DNA of 64,000 bases from the NCBI GenBank assembly GCA_047495785.1, contig JBLDXI010000054.1:3410001-3474000 (forward strand). The letters run 5' to 3'. This DNA comes from Lepidodermella squamata. Lineage: Eukaryota; Animalia; Gastrotricha. The notes below the pieces were generated by a model. The model was not told where the DNA came from. It worked only from the letters and a program-made list of their open reading frames with translations, and made no database searches. A program made the translations under genes and the position numbers. Shown in pieces: positions 14,447 through 26,794 of the stretch; the first letter of the stretch is position 1; every line of letters starts with the position of its first letter.

Positions 14447-15461
14447 TTATTTTTGGGGCAAAGTAAGGTCTTCCTCCTCTTCATCGTCTTCATCTTTCTT
14501 CCCTGATACAAAACTTTTCAACCATTCCAATCTCTGCTCACGCCGAAGCCTTCGCTCATCACGAGCGGTGGGCACTTTCTGACCAGCCCCAATCAAACTT
14601 TGGTAATACCTGTATTAACAAAACGATACAAAATGTGTCCAGTTACGAGCAAACAAGTTACTTTTGTTGGGCTAAATGTAGAGCTATTACAGCCTTGTGC
14701 CTTTCTTCTTCAGTGAGACCTGCGTACTTTTGCAGAGGATAAATTATAAGACCCGCAAACGTTCTGCAAAAATCGATTTTGTATGAATAATTTTGAACTT
14801 GGAAAAACGAACCCCAAAACACCCCCAACAATGCCCGCTACTGCACAACCCCGGAAGCCCATATTAAGCTTCATAATGCTACCAGCGAGAACTGAAAAAA
14901 ATTGTTTGAAAAATAATTTAGCTTAGAAAAGCACCCTTACAGCCGCCAGCTGAATAATCGGTTAAGCGACTCTGATTATTAGCAACAGAAACTGCCTTAG
15001 AGCCACCCATGAAAATGATGGCAAAAGATGTGAATTTCAACGCCACGAGTGCAGATTGTTGCATTGCTCGAACGAAGACAAAGTCCATGTAAGCCCGCAT
15101 AGCCTTGTACTTAGTCTCGAAAACGCTAATCTGGTTGGTTGAATGCCACCGAAAATGCGCATGCTTGCCAGTAAAATAGTTGCTGAAGAAAAACGTCAGA
15201 AAGCCGATGTGCACGCCATTATCGAGCAGAAGCTTGGTCTCAGGGCCCATGTGACCATAGTTACTGCATAAAAGTAAGTTAGATAACCTAATTAATTCGA
15301 AAAACGATCACCTACTCGCTTCCATAAGCCTGTCGCAGCCTACTCCAAGGAGTTTCTTGAGAAATGTAGGCGTCTATTTCCTCGGGCGTAATTTTTGGCA
15401 GGAAAACATTTTCTGGCCGGTCTTCATAGCCCATGCCAAATTTGCGAACTAAAGCTTCCAT
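14447..15461 (-). CDS. TIMMDC1: Complex I assembly factor TIMMDC1 (Tim17/22/23 family), ~5 exons
   Basis: N-terminal exon ..QETPWSRLRQAY, then NQISVFETKYKAMRAYMDFVF..ALKFTSF..DYSAGG and GSIMKLNMGFRGCAVAGIVGG, resembling the TIMMDC1/C3orf1 pattern. Short introns; TAA at 14447-14449. Confidence 0.75.
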
Positions 15462-15771
15462 TTTTTGCAACTAATATATCTAAATTGGCACCAAGAAGCT
15501 GTATTCAACGATAGTTATATGAAGATATAATTATAAACCCTTCAGAATCGACGTCCTAGTGCATGTACATCTGACCCGTGAAAACTCAACAAATGAGTCA
15601 AAAATATTGGCTTCGCTTTTTTCACAACGTGCACCATTTTTTCGAATGATGAAAAAGTATACTTCACAAAGTTGAGCGAAGATGATAAGACGACGATGAC
15701 GACAAGGGGCAATGCATTGTTTGTTGTGGCATAAAACGTAAATTTTGCTGATCCAGTTTTGAGCAGAAAAA

Positions 15772-17239
15772 TTAGCCAAGTAAGCTTTTTGAGTAATCTT
15801 CCATTTCTTTCACCGATGCATCCGCAATGCGACGAATCGTGGCCTCAAAGCACGATCGAATTGTTTCAGCAGCGTTGCGACTATCTCTGCATCATCAAAA
15901 TTGTGATGGAAATCAACAAATTTAACTGAAAAAATTACTTGATAAACATTTTTCCAATTCCCAAAATGTTCTGACATTGACTTTGAAAGTTTTTGGCGAC
16001 TTCGAGATTTTTTGCAGTAATCAATTCGAGAGTTTCAGTCGCAGCCGGGCGATGATTTTCGGCGACTTCATTCCGAACCCTGTTCCCATTATGCTTGCCG
16101 TGGTCAGAGCGAGGAATGCTGGCGATTGAGTTTGATCTGCCATGGTCATTGCGATGCGGACTAGGCGATCGCGATTCACTTCGATTAGACGACTGTTTCC
16201 TCACAACCTTACGAATCGTGGATTCAACGGGAGAGCGGGAACGGGATCGATCGCGGCTACTGTCATGCTGACGCTTTCGGGTGCGAGAGTCAGGCTTGCG
16301 CGGTTGCTGCCTCTGGCTGACGTGTTGCCGCTCCCGCTGACGATGGCGAGAGTCGCGCTTAGAAGATGTGACCTCTTCGTCTTCTGAAAACGATTCTTGT
16401 TCGACGGATTCGATGTTTGACAAAGAAGCTTCCGACGGCGATCGGACCGATAATATCTCTTCCTTTTCGTTGTAGCGCTGACGTCCTGAATTCTATGGTG
16501 GCAAGAAATGAAAAAATTAGAATAATCCTCCTTAAATTAGTGGGTGCTTACACTCGCTTTGACTTGTCTACGAGGATATTCGCCTTCCGTATCGGAAACG
16601 CTGTTCGAGCGTAGATCGTCCGAAATTGGAGAACGGTCATCGTTTCTCGGCCGACGAGGTTGATACGGCTTTTGACTGCCATTGCTGGGGAAATCCCGAC
16701 GTTCGGCATTTCGCCGATTCCAATTGCCTCCGTTGTTGTCAGCGATGTTGGTGTTGCTACCACGACTTCTCAGCAGATCAGAGCGGAGATCACTAGGGCT
16801 GCCACCGCCGCGGGCGCCACCGTTGCTCCTGGGACGACGGGGCTCTTCGCGGAAGTTGTCACGAGGCAGCTGACGGCGCTCATCTGCGATTTCTTTGGCC
16901 TTTTGGTGGTCCTTGTAATACTGCATGTTTACTCGATATCCAAGAATTGTTCTGTCATTATATCGACGTATAACTTCTTCAGCAACCCGTGTATCGTCAA
17001 ATCGAAGGGCCAGAAATAGATTAGTTCCATCTTGTGACTGCCGATGAAAAGCGACAGTACAGCGACCACAGTTATCGAAGAAAAATGCTCTAAACAAGAA
17101 TTATTTACCATTTATCTAGAATTATAAAACAAACCTACCGAATTTTCTCAATGCTAACACCGGATGGGAAACCTCGCATATAAACTGAGTGAAAATCTGG
17201 TTTCATCCGATCAGCAATCGCCAAATATTCCTTCGACAT
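15772..17239 (-). CDS. RRM + Arg/Ser-rich low-complexity protein with a periphilin-1-like C-terminal helical domain, 4 exons
   Basis: Exons 17239-17139, 17089-16552, 16492-15939 and 15886-15772 are phase-consistent. RRM: HSVYMRGFPSGVSIEKIRAFF..LFLALRFDD..YNDRTILGYRVNMQY. C-terminus ITAKNLEVAKNFQSQCQNILGIGKMFIKDSRNAAETIRSCFEATIRRIADASVKEMEDY aligns without gaps to the remembered PPHLN1 C-terminus. Confidence 0.7.
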
Positions 17240-17354
17240 GTTTCGTAAATAAAAATATCTATATTAAATGAACGGGGGATTTTACGGCTGAATTCGCTGA
17301 AAATTGAGAGGAGCAAGAGAAAATTTATTATTACTAAATAAAGGAGAAAGCTCT

Positions 17355-17930
17355 TCATTTTTGCACAATTTTGACTGGCGTTTCGCGCAATTCGACTTCT
17401 TTCTGAATATCTTCCCGCCGATGAGTGCCGTCGCAAAATGGTCGGCTGTCGGTCTGTTTACAGTTGCAAAGCCACACCTCGCACTCTTCGGCAACCTCGA
17501 ATTTAACCGGCCTAAATCTCGGTTGCGTTTTGATGTTACCGGTTCCTTCAATTTTGGCGTGCATACCATCACACAACGGTTGGGAGTGACTTTGTCCACA
17601 AGAGCACCACGAGTAAATTTTACCGGGCTTCGCCAACATCTTCCACGGCTTGCAATCAAAAATTTTGCCCTTCACAACCTCGTATTGATTAGGATATTTA
17701 GGTGTTTCGGGATGATTAGTCTCGGAAACACCACCAGCAGATTGATCCAACAAACCGTATTCTTTGAGCAAAGTGTCTTGCTTCGACTTCTCTTCTTCGG
17801 CCTTCTTTTTCAGCGACTCCTTGTACTTCTTAGTTAATAAAACCGGCTGATTACTGGTATGAAGCGATCGAAACTCAACTGGCGAGAGAGCTTTAGTAAT
17901 CGCCAATTTTGAGCCAATTACTCGAATCAT
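17355..17930 (-). CDS. CISD3: CDGSH iron-sulfur domain protein 3 (MiNT), mitochondrial, single coding exon
   Basis: Two CDGSH-type motifs, WCSCGQSHSQPLCDGMH and WLCNCKQTDSRPFCDGTH, after a basic N-terminal presequence-like segment. Confidence 0.93.
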   Translation of the reverse strand: MIRVIGSKLAITKALSPVEFRSLHTSNQPVLLTKKYKESLKKKAEEEKSKQDTLLKEYGLLDQSAGGVSETNHPETPKYPNQYEVVKGKIFDCKPWKMLAKPGKIYSWCSCGQSHSQPLCDGMHAKIEGTGNIKTQPRFRPVKFEVAEECEVWLCNCKQTDSRPFCDGTHRREDIQKEVELRETPVKIVQK

Positions 17931-18093
17931 TTCAAATAATAATCCTAAATGAAAATAAAAATCTGATTAAAACATGGTCCCATCTTTTTAATTGATTACT
18001 TCCGGAGCAGTGGTGATATTTACGAAAAATTAATAGCATTTGTGATTTTTCATCATTTTCATAATTAATAATATCAGTAACTGAAACAATAAA

Positions 18094-19356
18094 TTAATGC
18101 ACGGTCACCGTGTTGACAGGCGGCAAATAATGAAGCGCTGTCAAAAGACGTGGATTCGCAGCAATCAACTTTATATCCATGTCCCATGACAAAGTTTCCG
18201 TGGCCTGCGTTTGAGCGTTAGGAACAATGCCACCATCACCAGGCACTAGCAACCTCCAGGATGTATAGCCTCCAGAATCATTTGATTGCTCAGCCTCTGC
18301 TAGCCGTTTATCGGCTTTTAGCAGCGTGAATTCAAAATGAACACGCCACCGCAATTGCACAATACCAGACTCGAAAGTTGGGGTAACATCGGGCGGCACT
18401 GGTAAAAATAAATTCGAAACTACTGAATGGAGACACAGTTCCTCTTGCTGAGCGACAACATTCACTGCCATAGAAACCACGTCGTTATTAGATTCTGAAG
18501 TTGCAGGTATCAACTCTTCACAGCACAACTTGGCAGACCATTTCAAAGAATCGACAGAAGATCTACTGAAATCGAACAATCCTAGCACTGAATCCCCGAT
18601 ACGGACAACTTGCTTATCAATAGTAAGGGTGCCAACTAATCGAGGCTTTTTGGTAACAGCATCGACACCGGCATTGATAGTGTAAGTTCTCGAACTAGAG
18701 ACATACGGTGGTTCGAACAAGGGCGATGGTGGAGAGTTATTGCCGTTCGAACCCACAGCTGCGTCCCGCTCTCTTTCCAGATCTTCGGAGAACGGATTTC
18801 CGACAGCCTTGAAGGAATCCGAGAAAGTTCTATGCAATGAAGAGCTATCGTTTGGTGCATAATGAATTGAGGACATTGGTAGAGGTAAAACTCGAAGAGG
18901 AATCTTAGCTAGTTTAATTGGGAGATTAGGGCGTTGAACGCCGATGGTGAGACGATAAAATATTCGAACTGCTTCGCCATCAAACGAAGGAGGCGCATCT
19001 GTAGGAAGCTGCTCAGAAAAGTCCACTGTTCGATGCCCAGACGGATTGAGGTTGCAATCACAAAACAACATTTTAGTTTGCCCTTGAAATATGACTATTT
19101 CAGCAATAGAGCCCTTTCGACCGAGAGATTTTCCAGATTGGGCACTTAGCGCCAAACGAGAGCAGGCAGCGGCACGAGCTGAAAGATTAGCCACACATTC
19201 GAGCTGAACAGTCGCCCAGGATAAAAATATTGGAGACAGTTTGTCCGTGGATTGACCGTCATTGTCGCAGCTGTTCACAAAAGTTAACGAGCAATTGATT
19301 GTTTGCCCGCCAACGTAAATATGCCCGTTAGGCAAGGACAAACGTATCTCTAACAT
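18094..19356 (-). CDS. RGP1: RGP1, partner subunit of the RIC1-RGP1 RAB6A GEF, single coding exon
   Basis: MLEIRLSL..YVGGQTINCSLTF, LSWATVQLEC, KMLFCDCNL, LPTDAPPSFDGEAVRIFYRLTIGVQR, VTPTFESGIVQLRWRVHFEF and ETLSWDMDIKL follow the RGP1 arrestin-like pattern. Confidence 0.88.
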   Translation of the reverse strand: MLEIRLSLPNGHIYVGGQTINCSLTFVNSCDNDGQSTDKLSPIFLSWATVQLECVANLSARAAACSRLALSAQSGKSLGRKGSIAEIVIFQGQTKMLFCDCNLNPSGHRTVDFSEQLPTDAPPSFDGEAVRIFYRLTIGVQRPNLPIKLAKIPLRVLPLPMSSIHYAPNDSSSLHRTFSDSFKAVGNPFSEDLERERDAAVGSNGNNSPPSPLFEPPYVSSSRTYTINAGVDAVTKKPRLVGTLTIDKQVVRIGDSVLGLFDFSRSSVDSLKWSAKLCCEELIPATSESNNDVVSMAVNVVAQQEELCLHSVVSNLFLPVPPDVTPTFESGIVQLRWRVHFEFTLLKADKRLAEAEQSNDSGGYTSWRLLVPGDGGIVPNAQTQATETLSWDMDIKLIAANPRLLTALHYLPPVNTVTVH

Positions 19357-20467
19357 CCCTAAAGATTACAAAATGAGTAAAATGACAGGATACATAATCG
19401 TGCTGAATGACAATAAATAAGGAGAATGGAGAAAGAACAAACATCCTTTGCGCCTGATCATCGTACCGTCACCTGCCACTGCCAATAGAGAAGTAGTGGC
19501 GCCCTATGCCTTATGCGCTACCTCAGGAAAACTTTCATATCTCGATATCTCCGCCGCAGATTCCAATCTTTCAGCTTTCAGCTTTCCTTGAAATACGAAC
19601 ATGGTACATGAACAACAAATAAAATGAAACTAAATTAATAGCCGCTGGGAATGAAAAATCTATGCCGCAGAAACAAAACACTGGTAGTCAATTGACTTGC
19701 GAGTGATCGATTCTAGGGTACTAATTAGTGGCTAGCCGCAAGACACAAGGCCCAAGCCCCACCGGCACCAGGCTACACAACACGACAACAGGTTACAAGT
19801 TATCACACGGGACGCCGCAACTTTACCTGCCTGGATGCGAAATCTGATCGCGTTGGTTTGAAAACGCAACTTTTTAAAGAATTATATGTCACATTTTATG
19901 TCACTTAAAAATAGAATCATTCATTTATATTAGTAAAATTTTCAGGTAAATTAAGTACTTTTACATAAAATTGTCGACGTCGATCGCCGCAGGTGTTTCA
20001 CATGACACTGCGCGAAAAAAGAGTTCGGTCCTTGGCCCTTAGCCCCTGGTGGTTCGCATTTCATTAGGAAATAACTTGGTTGAACCCTGTATTTTGTATA
20101 AACATTGTTGGAGTATACTAGATCCTATAACAGCTCGTAAATTTTGGTAGCATTTTAACACAGACCGTCTTAACAATGATCAGATAGCGGTGTGGGAACG
20201 GAATTCTTTCCAGTCTACCCAAAACCCAAACAGGAGCCTTGGCAGTTATAAAGTAGTCGAAGATCAGCACGGTTGTTTGATTGAAAACCAGGTTAACAGG
20301 CGTGCTCAGTCTCCACAGTCAGAAATCAGGCCGAGCCGATGCGATATCACCGAGATTTTACCCGATGATCGAATAAAAAAAGGAATTACGGTCAATCCCT
20401 GTGGTTTGCTCGTTAACACTTGATGAAAATAGAGTGTAGAAAGCCCTTTTCATCTATTCATCCTGAT

Positions 20468-21013
20468 TGTGTTGGGGCCTGAGTCCGAATTCTGCCCATA
20501 CGCGCTCGGGCCGGCCCGTACGCAGACGGGTAACATTGATTTGCCTCTCCGCCGCTTTAAAACATGCCCGTATGCGACGTTTACTGCAAATTTAATAAAT
20601 TCGTAAGAATCACGGTTCACCGCACAAGGGCCCGCCAAGGTGTTAACCCGAGCCAGGCGGAGAACAATGGGAACCAGCGCTATTGTTCAGCGCCGCACTC
20701 GGGCCGCCGGTCTTGGGTCATCCTACAACCAACGCCTTCCCGATAACCGTATGAAGTCCCAACCCAAACCCGCGGCGACCCGAGTACGGCGCGCGCGAGC
20801 GCCTAACAATAGCACTAGTTCTCATTGTTCTCCTCCATGCTCGGGCCAACACCTTGGCCGGTCTGTGTGCGGTGAAGCGTGATTACATCGAATTTGTTAA
20901 ATTTACAGTAAATGTCGCATACGGGCACGCTATAGACCGGCTCGAGCGCGGAGTGGTAAAGTGCTGTATCCCGGTCGCATACGGTCGAAATCGGGCTCGG
21001 GCCCCAACAATTG
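20468..21013. mobile_element. Non-autonomous foldback / Mutator-like MITE with ~250 bp imperfect inverted arms and a 9-bp TSD
   Basis: The left arm (~20468-20717) is the reverse complement of the right arm (~20762-21011). An example pair is TGCCCGTATGCGACGTTTACTGCAAATTTAA versus TTAAATTTACAGTAAATGTCGCATACGGGCA. The element is flanked by the exact direct repeat CATCCTGAT at 20459-20467 and 21014-21022. Confidence 0.8.
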
Positions 21014-21453
21014 CATCCTGATGGTAAGAGGTAATTTCAGGTTTCAAGCCAACATTTTTCCGAAGTTTCAAGCCCTTAAATATAGACCAAATGCGGACAA
21101 GAAGCAGCGGTCGGCAAAAATTGACCGAAGGAACATATATCCCTGACCCACTGTCTTTACAAGCAAGTACTGTGAACAGGGATTACCAACTTTAGCGTGG
21201 GAGGTGTTGTCTGTTCCTGTTGACACGGAACTCGGTCGAAACTTGGGGAAACATACTTGGGAAAGTTCATGAGTTTTCCAAATTAAATGATCATTTCAAT
21301 GCGACTTATTGACTGTAGCGGTGGAAAGTGGCAACGCAGTACACCATGCAGTGATCATGTTAAGAAAAAAGCTATTTGAAATATCATTAAAATATCTATT
21401 TTATTGATCAATTAGACTGAAGGCACAATAAGTTCCCGATGTCGAGAAATTCA

Positions 21454-24400
21454 TCACGACGGCACGGCAGTTTTTGGAACACTCCAGGTATCATATTTTG
21501 GTTGGTCAAACAGCAGCGGCTTTCTTTTAGGCTTCTGTTGCAAGCCGTCAGCTCTATACATCAGCTTTATCACTCCAGTTCCAATAGCCGATGGCCGACC
21601 TAGAATGACGGATTCGGACACGCCCTTCAACGCATCTGCCTGTCCATGGAAAGACGCCTCGAACAAATGGTCCGTGGTGCGCTCGAATGACGCCAGCATC
21701 AGCACTGATTGCTTCAAGCGAGCCAACCCAATTCGCGTAATGCCGAGAACCTCGCCACGAACAGTCATAAGATCAGCAAGCAACTCAACGTGCCTGAAAA
21801 TGAACAATGCAAATTAGTATGAATTAAAAAAAATATTCTCACCTTCGGTCGATTGACATGCCGTGATTAGCCATTGTGTCGTTGATTTCATGGGCAATAG
21901 TAGCTCGCGCTGCTTCGATACCCAATCGTTTCCAAACCGCAACAATGCTGTTGGACGAAACCTTTGTGGCGGCGACGCCAGGAGTGGCTATTACACCCAT
22001 CAGATCGTCACCTTCGACGAATAGACGGAAACGCTTTCCTGTCTTTTGATCAGCCTCAATAACGACACGACCTGCCGATGCCAAACCGCATACCGTGACA
22101 TTGGGTAGCTCAGTCCGCAACATATGCATAGCACCAGCCAACCCGCCTTTACTGCCTGGGTCAGGGTAAACTGCGACCATGCACTCGGAAAACACGCGAA
22201 CGGTTTGAGGCCTGACGTGCAGTTGGCGCGTTGATTGCGCTCGTTGAATGGCCATTGCGACAGAGGACGCAGTGAGGCGAAGCCTTAACAGCGCCATTCG
22301 AGCCAAATCAAGCCGCAGTAGAATGAAACACTCGTGCGGCCGGTAGACATCATCAATCGACTCGCAAATATCAGCCAATCGCGTCTTTTCAATGCGGGCT
22401 TTCACAACACGCGCGAATTCCTGGTCTTCCGGCTTCTCCAGCTCAGCCGTTATGATAGGGGTTGAAATTGTCTTGTTGGCATTGATAATTTCCTTCAGAC
22501 GGGGAACACCGAGGGTGATGTTCATCGAAGCAACACCGGCAAAGTGGAAAGTTTTCAGCGTCATTTGGGTACCAGGCTCGCCAATCGACTGGGCGCAAAT
22601 TGCACCGACCGTTGTCCCTGGCTCAACGCACGCCTTCTGCCAGCGATTAGCGCATTCATTCAAGAAGGCCAGCAGTTGAATTTCAGTCAGGCGTCGCACG
22701 TGGTTAACCACCTTCAGTTGATGCAGGGAGATTTCTTGGGCGAACATAGCGCGGATTTTGTCGACTTTATCAGCAAAGCCGTGCAAGAATTTTTCGACCT
22801 CTTCTCGGAATACAACATCAGTCGCAGCTTTCGACTTCCACTGCGTTTTCGCACTCACGCTTTTATCTTTCTGTTCGACAAACCAGGCGTCTATAATTGC
22901 TTTAATTTCAGACCCGGATAAAGCTGGACTGCCCTTGCTCGGGTGAATAGCACAGGTGTGTTGCAGAAGGCGGGTGTAATCGACTGGGCTGGTTGTTTCA
23001 ATTGTCAGCGGGTCGAGTCCGTCTCCGCCATAGATGAATTGGACAATCTCACTATCCGAATTCCGCACAGTTCCATCGTAACTGAGGACAAGGTCCTCAA
23101 GTGATTTGACCAAACGACGTTGCATGTAACCAGTTTCCGCAGTTTTGACAGCAGTATCGACCAGGCCTTCTCGCCCGCCCATGGCGTGGAAAATGAATTC
23201 GTAAGGCGTGAGGCCGGTGTAGAAACTGTTGGCAACGAAACCCTTGGCTTCGGGTGAGCGGTCTCCGCGCCTGAAATGGGGCAGGGATCGCTGGGTAAAA
23301 CCATCCGGCACTCGCTTGCCGGACAAGGCCTGTTGCCCGACACACGCCACCATTTGAGAAATGTTGATAGTGGAACCTTTCGAACCAGAAAGTGCCATGA
23401 TGAGCGGGGCGTTAGTTGGCGGCAGTTCTCGAAGACACGCTTTACCTAGAAAGAGAAACCAAGATTTGAATGAGTATTCCAAGTGCCTAGCCTAATTAGG
23501 GTTCCAAGGCTAAATTGGAGGCTTCAGCGCTAAATTTTCCCAAAATATGGTTTTTCGAGTTTCACGTATTCCCTTTCTACAAATCACTGATTTTCCCGAT
23601 ATCAGCAGTCTTTGAGGCCAAAATAGGAAATGGCTCTTTCTAGCTATGGTAACAGTTAACCAAAATAAAGTCGCAGGATCATGGACAGCATCGATCAAGT
23701 AATTTAGCGCCAGCACGCTTAATTTTAGTCGTGCAAATATTATTTTAACCTGATTTAAATCTAAATTTTAAAATGATGTGAATATCAAACCTGCGTGGTC
23801 TCGAATAGCAGAGAGTTCTCTCAAGATCACCGCCTCCAGCGTTTGATCTGGGGTGCAACCAGCTTGCGTTTGAAGCCGACCGGCTTTCAGATCGTCGATG
23901 TACTGCGCGCACTTGGCATAGCCATCAGCTACCAACTGCTTTTTCACCGCAGTCAGGACTTTTCCTGGCGTTACATCACCAATACCAATCGACATGCCGT
24001 AGTGGGTGAGGAAGGCGGGTGCAAGACGAGCGACACGGGTGAGGTAGATAACAGCGGCCGGTGGGCCGAAATCACGCACCAGAACGTAGACGAAAGACGA
24101 TTTAGAGCCAGATCCTAGCGATGATTTGTCAAGTCGGCCAGCCATTAGCTCAGAATTAACCATCACAACAAAACCGTCATTTGAGCACAGCTCCTCATCT
24201 TTGCCCGAGTAATTTTTGGTCTTAGCCCGGAGGTTCAGATTGATGCTTGATTTACTCGAGGGTTTAATGGTTAGTGAAAAGATCTGTTTTCCAGTCCACA
24301 GGCAAACAGGGCGCAGAATACTTGGCGGCGGCAATTCAATGCGAGCATTCGGTTCGTCCCATCGCATTAAGGAGGCTGCCAATTGCATAGCTTGAGCACG

Positions 24401-26201
24401 GTCGAGGAACGTATCTCGAGCAGTTAAGAGGTAAGTAGCCGTGATGAAGTCCTGAATAGCAGCAGTGAGCGGTTCGCCGTTCCTCGGGGTCAAAATGTTT
24501 TCAGACGACGCCAACAACGTAGCAGCTTCGGCGCGGGCCTCCTGCGTCTGAGGAACGTGAATATTCATTTCATCACCGTCGAAATCCGCATTGAAAGGCG
24601 TGCAACAACTTTCATTGAAACGGAACGTTCTATACGGCAGGACTCGAATTTTGAACGCCTGAATCGATAAGCGATGCAGCGACGGTTGGCGGTTGAAAAG
24701 AACGATGTCGCCGTCTTTAAGGTGGCGTTCGACAATATCACCATTTTGCAGCTCCTCAGCCATTTGCTTCCGATTTCCGTACCGCAAAAACTTCTTCGCT
24801 TCATTCGTATTTCGCGGCTGGATGAAATTCGCGCCAGGATGGCAGTCACCACCATTTATGACGAGCTGCTGGAGCATTTTCCGATTAGCGTTGTTCACAC
24901 ATTCGGGAAACGTGAGAATTTTAGCGACCTCGATTGGAATTGCAATTTGATCGATTCGCATGTTAGGATCTGGGGAAATTACGGTTCTTCCCGAAAAATC
25001 GACACGCTTCCCTGATAGATTGCCTCGGAAACGCCCGTGCTTGCCCTTCAAACGCTGGCAAAAGCCTCGCATCCACTTTTTCGGCTGCATGCTAGCCGGA
25101 ATGCCAGAGGTTTGACTGTTGTAGAGTAAAGCGACCTGCAGCTGCAAGAAATCCCAATCTTCGGCGATCAAGCCCATTTTGGCACCGGTTTCTTTGTGCT
25201 TTTGGATAACATCATTGAGCAGCAAAATTTCGGTCAGCTTCATGGTGATATCGTCCTCGGTTGTACCGGATTTAATGTCTGACGTCACTGATGGGCGAAT
25301 GCACACAGGTGGAACAAGAATTCGCGTCAAAATCATCGATTCTGGACGACTGACTTCATTTGACATGAGCAGAAGAGGAATGTCTTTTTCGGGAATCCGA
25401 CGGAAAATTTCCAAAACAATTAGTGGATTCAAGTTTTCCTATTGAAATTCGGATTGTGTTGATGTATAGAGCTAGCTATAAAGTAACTTACCACGCCACG
25501 TAGACAGGATGCGTTTGTTGATTCTACTGCGACGACTTCCTTGTTAGCAGCCGCTGCAGCCGCCGCTGCTTTTCCTTTCGGTTTCGGTATCAAAGCAGCG
25601 CTGTCCAGTAAGTGGCCAAGCTGAAGTAGACTGGTTTTACGGACAACGCCGTTGAGCTGGTGGCAATGCGGGCATTCGGTGATTTTTGAAGCCGGCGGTT
25701 TGCATCGTTCATAGATTCGTTTTCGAATACTCTTGCGTTGCAAGTAGCTCAATCCAGGCCGTCGTAGTAGGGCCGTGAAATTGCGGCACTCTTCATCTGA
25801 GAGCAGAATTCGGCTGCAAAACTTGCAGACCGAATTCAGAACTTGTTGAATAGCCGTAAAATAGCCGATGTGGAAGACAGGGAGCTGCAAATCGATGTAA
25901 CCATAATGGCCCGGGCAGTCAGCCAATTGCAAGCCACAAGTTTCACACGTTTTGTCCTTACTGCAAACACCCTGGTTTAAAGAAAGCTATAGCCTCGAAA
26001 CCTTTCAAGTTATGAATTAAATACCATTCTGATATCAAGGACACCATAAGGAGCTGGTTGGTTCTTCCCATCCTGGGTGTACAAGTTCTTCGATACGACC
26101 TGAACACTCGACTGCTGTCGCATTTCCTCGGCCGTGAAAATGCCAAACGTGACGCCGACGACTTGCTTCGACGTATCCACCGACCGGAACTGTTCTTTCA
26201 T
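21454..26201 (-). CDS. POLR3A: RNA polymerase III largest subunit RPC1, 5 exons
   Basis: MKEQFRSVD.., [40 protein letters not shown], catalytic [38 protein letters not shown] and [16 protein letters not shown]. No CTD heptads. Confidence 0.97.
23525..23712. repeat. Short inverted repeat (GCGCTAAATT...AATTTAGCGC) inside the enlarged POLR3A intron; possible small MITE
   Basis: 10-bp perfect inverted ends at ~23527-23536 and 23701-23710, within a ~345 bp intron where typical introns are ~50 bp. Confidence 0.35.
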
Positions 26202-26794
26202 TTTTCAATTTAAAACAGAACCTCACAATACACAATACACCAACAATAAATTACACCAAAAAGTTTATTGTTGATGATATTATCGTATCATAATTATTGT
26301 TATTACAGAATAATCGCAGTTGCGGCGCAGTGTAATAAAATAGTATGACACGGCGAGAAAAATGACATGAACAACTGCAAATGACTCAATCAATCAGTTT
26401 CAATCAATTTTCGATAAACAAACAAGTCATTATAGAAAACACTGGCAGCCACTGCGTTCGATTAAGATGGATCAAGTTCAAGTCATACAGAGCGATTTTT
26501 GTTTCTTTTAGAAAATTCAAAACCTGGTCTAATCGAAAAATCATAGCACAATGTTTAGAAGTTACTGTACACAAAGAATGTTGTAGGTAAATTATTGGCG
26601 CAAAACAGCCGCAATGCAACCGGAGCTTGAATGAGCACACCAGAGCACGTAAGAAGATGCGAAATTCATGAATTTCGAGATTAAATATAGCAACAGCTGA
26701 TTCGGCACTGTACGTATAGAAAACCTTAACAAAACAAACGTACGGGCACTGCTAATGTGAGCACTGGATCTTTCCAACGAAAAACCGAACTTTC

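Noticed and set aside
15926-15938. Apparent 13-nt GT..CAG micro-intron
   Set aside because: Too short to splice. The acceptor at 15887-15888 gives a normal 52-bp intron and the periphilin-like reading frame.
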